Positions 1 through 9,589 of a stretch of DNA of 64,000 nucleotides are shown here, piece by piece. The position numbers and the translations under genes are program-made. The notes under the pieces are model-generated. The model worked only from the letters and a program-made list of their open reading frames with translations, had not been told where the DNA came from and did no database searches. The stretch lies in NCBI GenBank assembly GCA_963827235.1, contig CAWHAE010000009.1, positions 704,001-768,000 on the forward strand. Direction: 5' to 3'. Every line of letters starts with the position of its first letter. Position 1 is the first letter of the stretch. The stretch is from an uncultured bacterium. Its GTDB lineage: Bacteria; Chloroflexota; UBA5177; JANWHV01.

Positions 1-677
1 GCATCCCGCAGCAGCACTTGCCCTGCACTCCGGGCCGCAACCTCGATCTCATCCACGATCTTCGCGAAGCCGATAGTAGCCACGGCCTCGGTCACCGGCA
101 TCGGCCCGTAGGAGCAGGCCAATGGGCCATCACGTCCTGCCGCTTGCCGCTCCTGGCTGGGGACTACGCGCGCGAAGCAGGGTGCCGAGGCGCTGATCAG
201 TGTCTGCTCGGCTGCGCTGGGCACGTCGAGAGCGACAAGATGGGTGAACAAGCCCAGTTCCGCGTGGCACGCACCTGCGTCGCCGCCAGACTCCAAGGCA
301 AAGCGGAGGGTCGGGCTGGCTAGATGGGGCCATATGGCGCCGCTGGCCGCGAGGATCCCCGTCAATGCCCACGTCTCGCGTTCGAGCAAGTCCGCCGCTT
401 GCCGGGCGTGATCTTCGCGGGACTGCGTGAGGGTTTGGAACGACTCCCACAAGCCGGCCTGCCCGCTACCCACACGTCGAAGACGCTCGTGTGTGTCCTG
501 CTCGCCAGGCGCTGCTGGCTGGCCGGTGGCGGCGGCACCCCACGGCGTGCTCTGGTCGTTTGTCGAACCGTCTCGTCTCTGGAGCGGTACGGCAAGCCGT
601 CCCTCGGCTCGCTCCTCGCCGGCGATCCAGCCATAGGGGGAATACGTCGCTGCGTCCTCGAACTTGTCAGCCTTCAT
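1..677 (-). CDS. hypothetical protein, 3' end runs off the window
   Basis: Manual translation from ATG 677 (MKADKFEDAATYSPYGW...) stays open for 225 codons to the edge. Same orientation as the neighbouring gene. No motif recognised. Confidence 0.45.
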   Translation of the reverse strand, partial: MKADKFEDAATYSPYGWIAGEERAEGRLAVPLQRRDGSTNDQSTPWGAAATGQPAAPGEQDTHERLRRVGSGQAGLWESFQTLTQSREDHARQAADLLERETWALTGILAASGAIWPHLASPTLRFALESGGDAGACHAELGLFTHLVALDVPSAAEQTLISASAPCFARVVPSQERQAAGRDGPLACSYGPMPVTEAVATIGFAKIVDEIEVAARSAGQVLLRD

Positions 678-844
678 GTCATTCTGGCCTGCCCGCAGGC
701 AGAACCTCCTCGTCGCGGCTCCGCCTGCTGTCCTGCCCCTTCTGCAGGTTCACCAGCCCGGCCCGGTCCGCCCACCTACCGACCACGTTGCAGAATGGTC
801 GGGTAACCCATCCTGCCCGTGTATCGCACCCGACGCCGGTGGAC

Positions 845-2005
845 CTACTGGCCGGCACGCACGCCCGGCTCACCTTGGCGCCACTCGACTGCTCGCCTGG
901 TGCGCTGTCCCGGGATATTCGCCTCTCGCTCTCGCTTTCCCAATGGCAGAACGACCCGGCGGAAGCTGTCCTCCAGCAGCAATGCCGTGGCCAGGTACCA
1001 GGCGAGCAGTGCCGAGACCAGCAAGAGATAGCCGCCGGCCTTCAGCGGGCCCGAGCTCGGGCCCAGCAGACCGATCGCGGCCAGAACACAGGCGGCGGTC
1101 AGCGCCGTGAGCAGAGCACTTTGGGCAAAGTTGCGTCCCAGCGCCGCGATGGCGCCGGCAGCCGAGATGGCACCCAGGGGAATAAACCACCAGCCGAAAT
1201 TGGCGTCGACCGGGGCCAGCCCCAGCGACCCAGCGGCGACCAGCGCGTAGAGCACACCGTAGGCCAGCCAGAAAGCGCCCCAGGCACCGTGGATGGTGGT
1301 CGCCAGACCATCACGGGCCCGGAAAGCCCACATTCCTGCTAGCAACTGCGCGAGACCGCCGAGCAGGGCGGCCAGCGGCGCGATATACAGCGGCGTCCTG
1401 CTGTCGCCGAACCAGTGGGCGTAGAAGGCGCCCACCAGCAACGCGGCAGCGGCCAGGCCAAACAGCCCCAGAATCGAGGGCGCGGCAATCGGCTGTAGCG
1501 TGATCCGGGCCGGCGGCGCCTCGGCGGGGACGGGCCGCAGTAGTGTTGGCTCGACGCGCGCGCCGGCATCGATCGACGGTGCATGCTGAGCCGGAGGCTC
1601 CCCGCCGCCAGCACGCTCCGCCTCGGGTGCTGTTACACCACCGAACCTGGTGGCCAAGTTTGCCAGGGACACCGTGCCGACCGGCTTGCCATCGCGTACC
1701 ACCACGATACTGCTTACGCGTCGATCGGTCATGACGCGAGCAACCTCTTGCACGTCCTGGTCCTCACGCGGGAATGCGGCGACCGGGTGGACGAGGTCGC
1801 GTGCCTTGGCCGCCGTGACGTCACGTCCCGGTGCAGCGATCCAATCGGCAATGTCATGTTCGGTCAGCGGTCCAAGAAACTCCGTCCCCTCATAGACGGC
1901 GAGGACGCCCTCCTCGCGGTGCTCCAGCAGGTCAACGGCCGCAAGCAGCGGCGCATCCGCGCGAACAGACTGTACCTCGGTCGTCATCACATCTTTGACA
2001 AGCAT
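845..2005 (-). CDS. CBS-domain pair fused to a GPR1/FUN34/YaaH (SatP-like) acetate channel domain
   Basis: N-terminal MLVKDVMT...GPLTEHDI...VGTVSLANL fits a CBS pair. C-terminal IAAPSILGLFG followed by about 6 hydrophobic helices and GAFWLAYG fits the YaaH family. GAGGAGG RBS. Confidence 0.8.
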   Translation of the reverse strand: MLVKDVMTTEVQSVRADAPLLAAVDLLEHREEGVLAVYEGTEFLGPLTEHDIADWIAAPGRDVTAAKARDLVHPVAAFPREDQDVQEVARVMTDRRVSSIVVVRDGKPVGTVSLANLATRFGGVTAPEAERAGGGEPPAQHAPSIDAGARVEPTLLRPVPAEAPPARITLQPIAAPSILGLFGLAAAALLVGAFYAHWFGDSRTPLYIAPLAALLGGLAQLLAGMWAFRARDGLATTIHGAWGAFWLAYGVLYALVAAGSLGLAPVDANFGWWFIPLGAISAAGAIAALGRNFAQSALLTALTAACVLAAIGLLGPSSGPLKAGGYLLLVSALLAWYLATALLLEDSFRRVVLPLGKREREANIPGQRTRRAVEWRQGEPGVRAGQ

Positions 2006-2851
2006 GGTTGCCTCCTCGTGATTGACGTGGTCGCATCGTGACCGCTCGACCTGGCGCGCACTAGGTCCCTAAGCGGCGAGCAGATCGCATGCTGTATCTT
2101 GCTCTCCATACCGCCTCCTTCCTCGCCGTGCCACCCATCCAACACGTTCCATGCTGCAGGTGGTGACGCACTGCGCCCCCGTAGCCGTGCATGTACGTTG
2201 GTAGCTACCCGCCCCTTGCAGCTCAGCTAGCAGCATGACGCCGGCTGCAAACCGGTGATCTCGTCGCCTGCCCTGAGCTGCTCCGGTGTTCCTTATGCGC
2301 AGAACCGATGTGAGCGAAGAAGCTGCGCAGGGCAGTTCGCGGAGCGCGGCAGAGACCGGTCCAGACTTCTCCAGAAGAAGGGCGGCTGCACATCAGCAAG
2401 ACGGTCACGGCTTGGTCGTCAAGCCACCATGTGCTCTCAACGCTCCAGTCCGGTTCCTTTGCAGCGGTGTGGGCAAGTGCCTCGGTTGCCGGCAGCACGA
2501 TGCCGGGGAAGATGTCGCCTGGAATGAGCCGGCGCGCCAAGAACTCCTGTTCGTGCAGGAGGTAGTCGCGTAACCAGGACCACACCTGCTGGTCGCCGGC
2601 CTCAAACCGGGCCGCCACAGCTTCGACCGTCAGGCGCTCGCCACGAGCGTTCACAGGGGTGCCCGACTCGTCTTGATCGCCTTGCGTAGCAGGCCCCATT
2701 TTGCCTGCAACAGTGTTCCTATCTTTGACAAGCATGGCTGGCCACCTCGGGGTGGAGGTCGTCATGCCCTTCCGACTCGGCTTGGCGCGCACGGGGCAGT
2801 GCTGAGCACCAAGCAGGTAGCGTGCTGCGCGTCGCTCTCGACTCCGCCTCC
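1991..2851. repeat. diverged direct duplication of a ~130 bp leader plus start codon (copies ~1991-2119 and ~2721-2851)
   Basis: ATCTTTGACAAGCATGG is identical at 1991 and 2721. Further matched blocks (ctcgacctggcgcgcac/ctcggcttggcgcgcac; agcagatcgcatgctg/agcaggtagcgtgctg; ccgcctcc) lie at offsets 730-733. Confidence 0.75.
2223..2735 (-). CDS. hypothetical protein (starts MLVKD, like the CBS-YaaH gene)
   Basis: 170-aa ORF with plausible globular composition. Start assigned by homology to the duplicated leader. Confidence 0.5.
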   Translation of the reverse strand: MLVKDRNTVAGKMGPATQGDQDESGTPVNARGERLTVEAVAARFEAGDQQVWSWLRDYLLHEQEFLARRLIPGDIFPGIVLPATEALAHTAAKEPDWSVESTWWLDDQAVTVLLMCSRPSSGEVWTGLCRAPRTALRSFFAHIGSAHKEHRSSSGQATRSPVCSRRHAAS

Positions 2852-3746
2852 CTTATCCATCAAGCGCGGCACCTGCTGCACGTAGCGTGTGATGACGCCT
2901 CGACACGCGTCGTGCAACTCACACTTCCCGCTGCTCACGGCTTCCTAGCGGCGAGGCACGTCCCTTCGGGCATCTACCCGAAGTCAGAAATGTAGAGACC
3001 TCCGTACGCTACCATATGCCATCCATTGTGGCGAGATCAAATGCCACATGGCACCGGTTATGGCGCCAAACGTCACGAGGTGCCGTCTACCGAACATATC
3101 GTGCAGAGGCTCAGCCCCGCGGTGCGGCCGGCAATCACGATCGCCGCGTGGACACCGGTGCGTAGCCGTCGCCGATTTCGCGGACAACTGCGTGGAGCAC
3201 CATACATGTGTGTGCAATCCCGTCAACGGTTGGGGCGGTGCTCGCGACAGCGAGAATGTCGAGCCCAATCGGGATTGCTTTGCGTCGGCCTGTCACGCCG
3301 GCGAAAGCGCCCAATTGCCATCAACTTGCAGAAGCCTCTGTCTATGCGGCGCGGTGGCGGCGTTCATAGTTGCACCTGCCCGGGCAGAGTTGCAGACGTG
3401 CGTTGCTGCGCGGCCGACGGCTTGTGCTCACCGCTCGAACGGCATGCAATCGCGCATCACAGCATCGGCGCACCACGGCATCGTAACCACACCGCCAACA
3501 ACAGCGCGAAATCATCGTCTTCGCACGCGCATCGCATCTGAGCCAGACTGCCTGACGCGACCCCATCCCAGCTCTGCAGCATTGGCCGCACGGCGCGACT
3601 CGGTGCGGCGGGGCGGCGGTTTGCCGCGGCACGCGTATATTGGACGTGGGACCGGGTGACACCGAGCGTGTTCGGACCCGGCGCAGCGCGGCATTCCATC
3701 AGGGCGGCTCCGGCTGCGGTGGGCGGTCGCGAGGAAGGGAGCAGGA

Positions 3747-4475
3747 GTGACAGTCGACCTCTCGCCGATTGGCATCGGCGGGGCCTATCTGGCCGGACTG
3801 GCATCGTTTCTCTCGCCGTGCGTCTTCCCCCTGGTCCCCGGTTACCTCTCCTACCTGGCAGGCACCGCCGGCCAGGAGGCACGGCGCCAGGCCTCTCCAT
3901 CGCAGCTCCGCTGGCAGGTCGCGCTACACGCGGTCAGCTTCGTGCTGGGCTTCTCCCTGATCTTCGTGGCCCTCGGCGCTACTGCCAGCTCGCTGGGCGA
4001 CTTCCTGCGTTCCAACCAGACTACCGTGCGCCAGGTCGGCGGCGTCCTGATCGTGCTGGCCGGTCTGCAGGTTTCCGGCGTCCTGCAGATCCTGCCGCTC
4101 ATGCGCGAGCGCCGTATGGAGGTGGAGCGGGGCGATCCCGCGTTGATCAAGTCCGGCCTGATCGGCATGGCGTTCGGCGCCGGGTGGACGCCCTGCGTTG
4201 GCCCATTCCTGGGCTCCATCCTGACGCTGGCTGCCGCCGGCGGCTCCCTTCGGGAGGGCGTGCTCCTGCTCCTGGTCTACTCGTTCGGGCTCGGGCTGCC
4301 ATTCCTGATCACCGGGTTGCTGATCGATCGCATCACGCCCGCCTTCCGGCGCATCTCGCCGTTGATTCCGGTGATCAACCTGGCCAGCGGCGTGCTCTTG
4401 ATCGGCATGGGCGTGCTCGTGCTGTCCGGCACTCTCGTCTCGCTGGCCAAGTATTCGCCGATTCTCGGCGGCTGA
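3747..4475 (+). CDS. ccdA: cytochrome c biogenesis protein CcdA (DsbD transmembrane domain)
   Basis: AGLASFLSPCVFPLVPGYLSY and FGAGWTPCVGPFLGSIL, the two redox-Cys motifs. Confidence 0.93.
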   Translation: MTVDLSPIGIGGAYLAGLASFLSPCVFPLVPGYLSYLAGTAGQEARRQASPSQLRWQVALHAVSFVLGFSLIFVALGATASSLGDFLRSNQTTVRQVGGVLIVLAGLQVSGVLQILPLMRERRMEVERGDPALIKSGLIGMAFGAGWTPCVGPFLGSILTLAAAGGSLREGVLLLLVYSFGLGLPFLITGLLIDRITPAFRRISPLIPVINLASGVLLIGMGVLVLSGTLVSLAKYSPILGG

Positions 4476-4488
4476 GGCGATCCGGGAA

Positions 4489-5010
4489 TCAGGCGCCGGG
4501 CTCTTCCAGCGCCGCGCCGAGCAGTCTCTCCACCAGGATGCAATCCATCCAGACGCCGTCGAGGCGCGCGTGCCGCCTGTGCGTGCCGACGCGCGAGAAG
4601 CCGACTTTCTCCAGGAGGGCCAGACTCGCCGCGTTCTCGGGAAAGACCTTGGAGACGAGCTTCCAGAGTCCACACGCCTCGGCGGCCCTGAGCAGCCCTT
4701 CCATGGCGGCACGCCCGGCGCCTGTGCCGCGGGCGCTTCGCTCGACGTAGACGGAAAACTCGGCCACGCCGGCGTAGCACGGCCGGCTGCTGTACATGCT
4801 CGCCGCCGCCCAGGCGACCACCCGGTCGTTCCGCACGACGACCACGGTGGGGTAACGCTCACCTCTCTCCCGGAGCACGGCCCGGATGTCTGCCGCGCTG
4901 CGCAGATCGGTCTCGAAGGTGGCGCAGCGGTCCTCGATCCCCTGGTTGTAGATGGCGGCAATGGCCTGCGCATCGCCGGGCGTGGCGGCGCGGACGCGGA
5001 GATCGTTCAT
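4489..5010 (-). CDS. GNAT N-acetyltransferase, phosphinothricin/arsinothricin (ArsN1/YncA-like) family
   Basis: AIAAIYNQGIEDRCATFET, FSVYV...ARGTGAG, ENAASLALLEKVGF, DGVWMDCILVE. Confidence 0.85.
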   Translation of the reverse strand: MNDLRVRAATPGDAQAIAAIYNQGIEDRCATFETDLRSAADIRAVLRERGERYPTVVVVRNDRVVAWAAASMYSSRPCYAGVAEFSVYVERSARGTGAGRAAMEGLLRAAEACGLWKLVSKVFPENAASLALLEKVGFSRVGTHRRHARLDGVWMDCILVERLLGAALEEPGA

Positions 5011-5022
5011 CGGGGCCTCCTC

Positions 5023-5964
5023 TCAGCCCACTAACGGCTCGACCGCGACGGCGGAGGCTATCTCCTCCCCGGAGGCGCCGCGACCGGCAAGAGCAACGCC
5101 GAGGATAATGCAGCAACCGCCGGCGAGCGTGGCCAGATCGGGCCGTTCCCCCAGGAGCAGTCTGGCCAGGACAATGCCGAGCAACGGCTGCAGGTACAGT
5201 GTAGGTGCCGCGCGGGCCGCATCGACGTGGGCCAGTGCGACCATCCAGATCACGTAGGCGACGGCGGTACACGGAATGCCCAGGTACAGAATGCCGAGCC
5301 ATGCACCCGGCGTCATGTGGGGCATGCCGGCCATGGCGACGTTGACGGCGGAGGCGGGAATCCAGAACAGCAGGCTGGCGACCACGCCCGAGGCGATGAT
5401 CAGGAGGCCGGGGTAGCGCGCCAGCGAGGCCTTGCCGAATGTTGAGTAGGATGCCTCGCACACCAGGGCCAGCACGACGAGCAGGTCGCCGATCAGGCGC
5501 GTGCCGCCGCCCATGTGCGGTGGCCCAAGGCCGTCTACGATCACGACGTAGATTCCCAGCGATCCGACGATCAGGCCTCCAACGGCTCCCCGGCGCACGG
5601 GCTCACGCAGCACCAGCCAGGCCATGAGCGAGGTGAACATGCTTTCGGCGCCGATCAGCAGGGCGGTATCGGAGGCCGTGGTCAGATTGAGTCCGCCGAA
5701 CTCGATCAGCTTGTTCAGCACGAAGCCGATCAGGCTGAGCGCGCCAAGAGGCAGCAGATCGCGCCGCCGGATGGGCATGGCTCGGCGGCCGAACCAGAGC
5801 ACGGGACCGAGCACCAGAGAGGCAACGGCAAAGCGCAGCGTGTTCAGCTCGACGGGAGAGAGGATGCGCATCGCCTCTTTGCCCGCCGTGTACGAGCCCG
5901 ACCACATGACGTTGGCCAGGATCAGCACGAGCATGGCGCGACTTCGCGTCCAGCGCATCGGCAC
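5023..5964 (-). CDS. DMT/EamA family transporter
   Basis: About 10 TM helices in two EamA repeats (WSGSY...LRFAVA; LYLG..TAVAY..W; YLQPLLG). Confidence 0.88.
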   Translation of the reverse strand: MPMRWTRSRAMLVLILANVMWSGSYTAGKEAMRILSPVELNTLRFAVASLVLGPVLWFGRRAMPIRRRDLLPLGALSLIGFVLNKLIEFGGLNLTTASDTALLIGAESMFTSLMAWLVLREPVRRGAVGGLIVGSLGIYVVIVDGLGPPHMGGGTRLIGDLLVVLALVCEASYSTFGKASLARYPGLLIIASGVVASLLFWIPASAVNVAMAGMPHMTPGAWLGILYLGIPCTAVAYVIWMVALAHVDAARAAPTLYLQPLLGIVLARLLLGERPDLATLAGGCCIILGVALAGRGASGEEIASAVAVEPLVG

Positions 5965-6160
5965 GGTCTGCTTTCTTCCCGGCGCGTGGAGGGTGGCCGC
6001 TCGGGCCGGCGTCAGGTGTAAGGAAGGTGCCGGGAATCAAACGATCCGGACATGCCCCGCGGCGCCCGGTCTTCCATCACGTGCAGACATGCGGGCCGCC
6101 ACGATCCTTCGCAGAACCGCCACCCGGCAAATCATGCTCAGCCGGTCGTAGTGCCGGCGA

Positions 6161-6376
6161 TCAGCCCTTTGCCTGCTTGTGCTGGGTACGCAGACAGCGC
6201 GTGCAAATACGCATCTTCGTCGGCCTGCCGCCAACCATCAGCGTAACGTTCTGCAGGTTAGGCTTGAACGTGCGGCTCGTCACGGGCGCGCGCCGGAACC
6301 AGCCGCCGCCTGCCTTGTGGCGAATGCTGCGACCGAAGGTGGTCTTCTTAGCACAGATCTCACATTGAAAGGCCAC
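6161..6376 (-). CDS. rpmB: 50S ribosomal protein L28 (zinc-ribbon type)
   Basis: MAFQCEICAKKTTFGRSI...RTFKPNLQ...MRICTRCLR. GTG start after a GGAG RBS. Confidence 0.92.
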   Translation of the reverse strand: MAFQCEICAKKTTFGRSIRHKAGGGWFRRAPVTSRTFKPNLQNVTLMVGGRPTKMRICTRCLRTQHKQAKG

Positions 6377-6506
6377 GACTGTGTTCTCCAATCTGCCGGT
6401 CAGAATACTTCTGAGGTGTAAGCCGCGCGGAAGACCAGAATGCCGCGCCGGGGTCCAAAACCGCACCGGACAAAGGTAGCATACATAGCATATGGAGGGC
6501 AATTTG

Positions 6507-6917
6507 ATGACTGAGCAGGAATTGGCATCGTTCTGGCGCGAGCCGAATCTGGCCAAGTTGGCTACGATCAACGCGGACGGCACGCCGCATCTGGTGCCGA
6601 TCTGGTACATGCACGATGGACGCGATCTACTGATGATCACCCGCCCCACGTCGCGCAAAGTGCGCAACCTTCGACGCGACCCGCGGGTGACCGTTTGCAT
6701 CGACCGTCCCACGCCGCCCTATGCCGGTGCCGTCGTGCGGGGCGTGGCGGAGCTGGAACAGGTGGCGCACCAGGATCTGGCGGTACCAATGGCCGTGCGC
6801 TACCTAGGAGTGGACGCGGGACGGTTGATCGGCGCCCAGTACGCGGAGCTCGACCTGATGACCATCCATATTCATGTCGAGCACCTGATGAGCTGGGACT
6901 ACAGCAGACCCGATTAA
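6507..6917 (+). CDS. PPOX-class (pyridoxamine 5'-phosphate oxidase-like, putative F420-dependent) oxidoreductase
   Basis: LATINADGTPHLVPIWY...SRKVRNLRRDPRVTVCID. Confidence 0.85.
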   Translation: MTEQELASFWREPNLAKLATINADGTPHLVPIWYMHDGRDLLMITRPTSRKVRNLRRDPRVTVCIDRPTPPYAGAVVRGVAELEQVAHQDLAVPMAVRYLGVDAGRLIGAQYAELDLMTIHIHVEHLMSWDYSRPD

Positions 6918-6988
6918 CGCCTGACGCGCGCGCCGACCCGGACGAGCGCCGCGGGTTGCTCGGCAAGGCACCGGTGACGGAGGGATCG

Positions 6989-7399
6989 ATGGACGGCGAG
7001 ACACAGCAGGCGTTGATCGCGGCGGCAACCGTCGCGCATGGCCGCGCCTACGCACCATATTCGCATTTTCAGGTCGGCGCTGCCGTGCTGGACAGCGCGG
7101 GACACATCTTCGCGGGCTGCAACGTGGAGAACGTGTCCTATGGACTCACCAGCTGCGCGGAGCGCAACGCGATCGTGCGCGCGGTAGTAGAAGGGGCTCG
7201 CTCTATCCGTGCCGTGGCAGTGGTCACCGCGGCCGAGACGCCGACCGCGCCTTGCGGCGCATGCCGGCAGGTGCTCAACGAATTCGCCGCGGATGGCGAC
7301 ATGCAGGTGATCCTGGCGAGCACCAATGGAGAGCTTCGCCTGACACAGCTCTCTGCGCTGCTGCCGGAGAGCTTTTCCATCTTTACCGCGACGAGCTGA
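6989..7399 (+). CDS. cdd: cytidine deaminase (homotetrameric type)
   Basis: AYAPYSHFQVGAA, GCNVENVSYGLTSCAERNA, PCGACRQ. Confidence 0.95.
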   Translation: MDGETQQALIAAATVAHGRAYAPYSHFQVGAAVLDSAGHIFAGCNVENVSYGLTSCAERNAIVRAVVEGARSIRAVAVVTAAETPTAPCGACRQVLNEFAADGDMQVILASTNGELRLTQLSALLPESFSIFTATS

Positions 7400-7421
7400 C
7401 CGCGTGCCTGGCCCCGCGGAG

Positions 7422-7563
7422 TCGTGGCAGCCGTCGGGGCACCGCGATGCAAAGGCTCTCGCGACGGCGGTAGATCGTCGCTGCCGTCGGGGCACTGCGG
7501 TGCAGGGGCTTTCGCGACAACAGCTCGACCCACATCCATGGCGGTAGGTCGTCACTGCCATCA
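7422..7563. repeat. 53-bp-period degenerate tandem repeat with REP-like palindromic junctions
   Basis: Units start at 7422, 7475 and (after a 21-nt insert) 7549. Hairpins gacggcgg...ctgccgtc and atggcggt...actgccat. Confidence 0.65.
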
Positions 7564-7738
7564 CAGCGCATTGGGAAGCCGCGGACCAGCCGGCCCAAGC
7601 AGACGAGCATATGTGCGGCACGGTTTCGGGACGTATCTCGACATAGGGGCCAATTGCATCCGCCCCCGCGCTCGAATACCCGCTACGCGAATGCGCACTG
7701 GCTTGGCACGCCATCACGAGCCAGGGGGACAACGCAGA

Positions 7739-7773
7739 GGAGGGTATCTCGACCCCGGGTCGAGATACCCTCC
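7739..7773. terminator. near-perfect inverted repeat between convergent genes
   Basis: GGAGGGTATCTCGACCC-C-GGGTCGAGATACCCTCC (17-bp arms). Confidence 0.65.
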
Positions 7774-7796
7774 CGCACTGCTAACCGCTTGCTCGT

Positions 7797-8246
7797 CTAC
7801 GATCCCGGCGCTACGACCGCCCACCAGAAGCCGCCGCTGGCGAACACGCCCTGGCCATAGGCGTCACCTTGTTCCTTGTCCTGAAGGAACGTATAGAGGG
7901 GCGCCTTATCGAAGGTGAGCTGCTCGCTACCGTCGGTGCGCATGATGACGCCGAACGTTCCCGTCACGTCGGCCATCTTGGCCGGCGGCTTCGCGCCCTT
8001 CGGCAGGAGCACGGGCGGCCAGTACTTGGCACACGTGCCGTAGCAGGTGGACTTGTCTGCCGGATCGGCCGCGAATACATAGAGTGTGAGACCCTTGGCA
8101 TTGACGAGCATTTTGCCCGCGACGACCTTTACGGGAGCCGCAGCGGCCTGCTCGCGTGGGGCGGCCTGGACGGCGCTTCCTGCTGCCAAGGCCAGCAGCA
8201 CAGGCAGCGCGAGCAAGGCGCGGCGGCCACGTTTCAATACATGCAT
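7797..8246 (-). CDS. secreted repeat protein with Yx(FWY)xxD motifs (COG4315/Lipoprotein_15-like)
   Basis: Signal peptide, then GLTLYVFAAD...STCYGTCAKYWPP...RTDGSEQLTFDKAPLYTFLQD...GQGV. Confidence 0.85.
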   Translation of the reverse strand: MHVLKRGRRALLALPVLLALAAGSAVQAAPREQAAAAPVKVVAGKMLVNAKGLTLYVFAADPADKSTCYGTCAKYWPPVLLPKGAKPPAKMADVTGTFGVIMRTDGSEQLTFDKAPLYTFLQDKEQGDAYGQGVFASGGFWWAVVAPGS

Positions 8247-8385
8247 GACACCCCTCCATCCGGAACGCGCGGCTCGCGCCGCGCCGGCAGTCGAGTGCAA
8301 TCACTCGACTGCAAGGTGATACGCGGCCGGTTACAGCCAGCTTTCAGCCGGAATCTCGGAGACTATTCTGGCACTCTGGAGAGAG

Positions 8386-9474
8386 GTGGCAAGCATGCAA
8401 GACATCGTCCGGACTGCCCCATCGTGTTGGCAGGATCTCGCATGGTGGAACGAGCAAGTCGGAGGCGCGATCGCGACCCCCGATCCAGTGCTGGCCAACC
8501 TGCGCATCACGGTGACTCACTACCACCTGTCTCTCGCTTTGCGAGAGCTCCTCGGCCCCCAGGCGGGCGCCAACTTCCACACCTGGGCTGCGTGGGGGTC
8601 CAAGAAGGCCGGGGTGACTATTCGGCAGGAAGATGTGCCACATATTCGCGCCGGAGCACTGTTTGCCGGCGGCGCGCTCGGCGCGCTGAGCACGGCGGAG
8701 CTCCGGCATCGCCTAGCGCGCGCCCGGAACATCTCGTTCGTGACGGGCATTCTGCTCGGCGGCTTGGGCATCCGGACATTGACGCGACAGCTGCTCGACC
8801 ATGCCAGCCGGATGATTCTGGAGGGCAACATCACCGTGCTGGCCGATATCGGCCGCCAGTCCGCTCGCTTCGTCAGCACCTTCTATGGACATGCCAATCC
8901 GGATGCGGAGCGACTGGACGGCTTCCTCGCTCAGCTACAGCCTGGCCAGGCGGCAGCAGGAGGCCAGGATCTCCTCGCGAAAGCGTTCACGCACTACTAC
9001 CGGGCCTGGCATGCTCAGGACCTCAACGAGAAGCACGAGCAAATGCTGCTGGCCAACCTCTATGCCATCCTGCACGAGCACATCCGTTTGCAGCCATACA
9101 TCGTGGGAGCGATGCCGCTACTGGCACGACGGCTCATCACCCACCGCTTGCTCAACTTCTACGCCGGATTGCGAAGGATGAGCGTGGGCAGAGACGTGGC
9201 GCCTTTCGAGGATCCGGGCTGTCCCTGCACGTTGCGGCACATCGAGAGCGCCGAGCTCTTGGGATTCTTGGGCGGGCCGAATGGCTGGGACAGGACGCTG
9301 GACAGCGTGCTGGGCAGTCATGCAAACAACTGGGCCGATATCCACGACCGGATGAACTTCATCTGCGATCTCTTCCGCCAGTATCACTTCGATGCAACGC
9401 TGTTCACTGCTCCCTACGACGACCGGCAGCGCGCGGATATCGCAAGCGGGCGGATCCCCAAGCCGCCGCTCTGA
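8386..9474 (+). CDS. conserved hypothetical protein with an internal hydrophobic hairpin
   Basis: 362-aa ORF with normal coding composition. Motifs ANLRIT..YH.LS, ANFHTWAAWGSKKAG, ILHEHIRLQPYI, WADIHDRMNFICDLFR. Confidence 0.75.
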   Translation: MASMQDIVRTAPSCWQDLAWWNEQVGGAIATPDPVLANLRITVTHYHLSLALRELLGPQAGANFHTWAAWGSKKAGVTIRQEDVPHIRAGALFAGGALGALSTAELRHRLARARNISFVTGILLGGLGIRTLTRQLLDHASRMILEGNITVLADIGRQSARFVSTFYGHANPDAERLDGFLAQLQPGQAAAGGQDLLAKAFTHYYRAWHAQDLNEKHEQMLLANLYAILHEHIRLQPYIVGAMPLLARRLITHRLLNFYAGLRRMSVGRDVAPFEDPGCPCTLRHIESAELLGFLGGPNGWDRTLDSVLGSHANNWADIHDRMNFICDLFRQYHFDATLFTAPYDDRQRADIASGRIPKPPL

Positions 9475-9589
9475 TGCACGGCAGCACCCGCACGACTCGG
9501 CTGGACGGATCGGGAACGACTCTGCTCCTGCCGGGTGGCCGGTGACAATTCCACGCCGGCAGACAAGGGCGCGGGCAACGGCATACCCG

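Noticed and set aside
3048-3659. Cys-rich 203-aa ORF as a RiPP precursor or metallothionein
   Set aside because: No clear RBS, no regular Cys pattern and no modifying enzymes nearby. Composition resembles a random high-GC frame.
6161-6712. 183-aa extended L28
   Set aside because: The extension overlaps the divergent PPOX gene. The real start is GTG 6376 with an RBS.
7869-9545. Long alternative-frame and antisense ORFs (this one and many similar, e.g. 23141-24667, 25510-27141, 50306-51916)
   Set aside because: Expected shadows of real genes in high-GC DNA; they carry no motifs.
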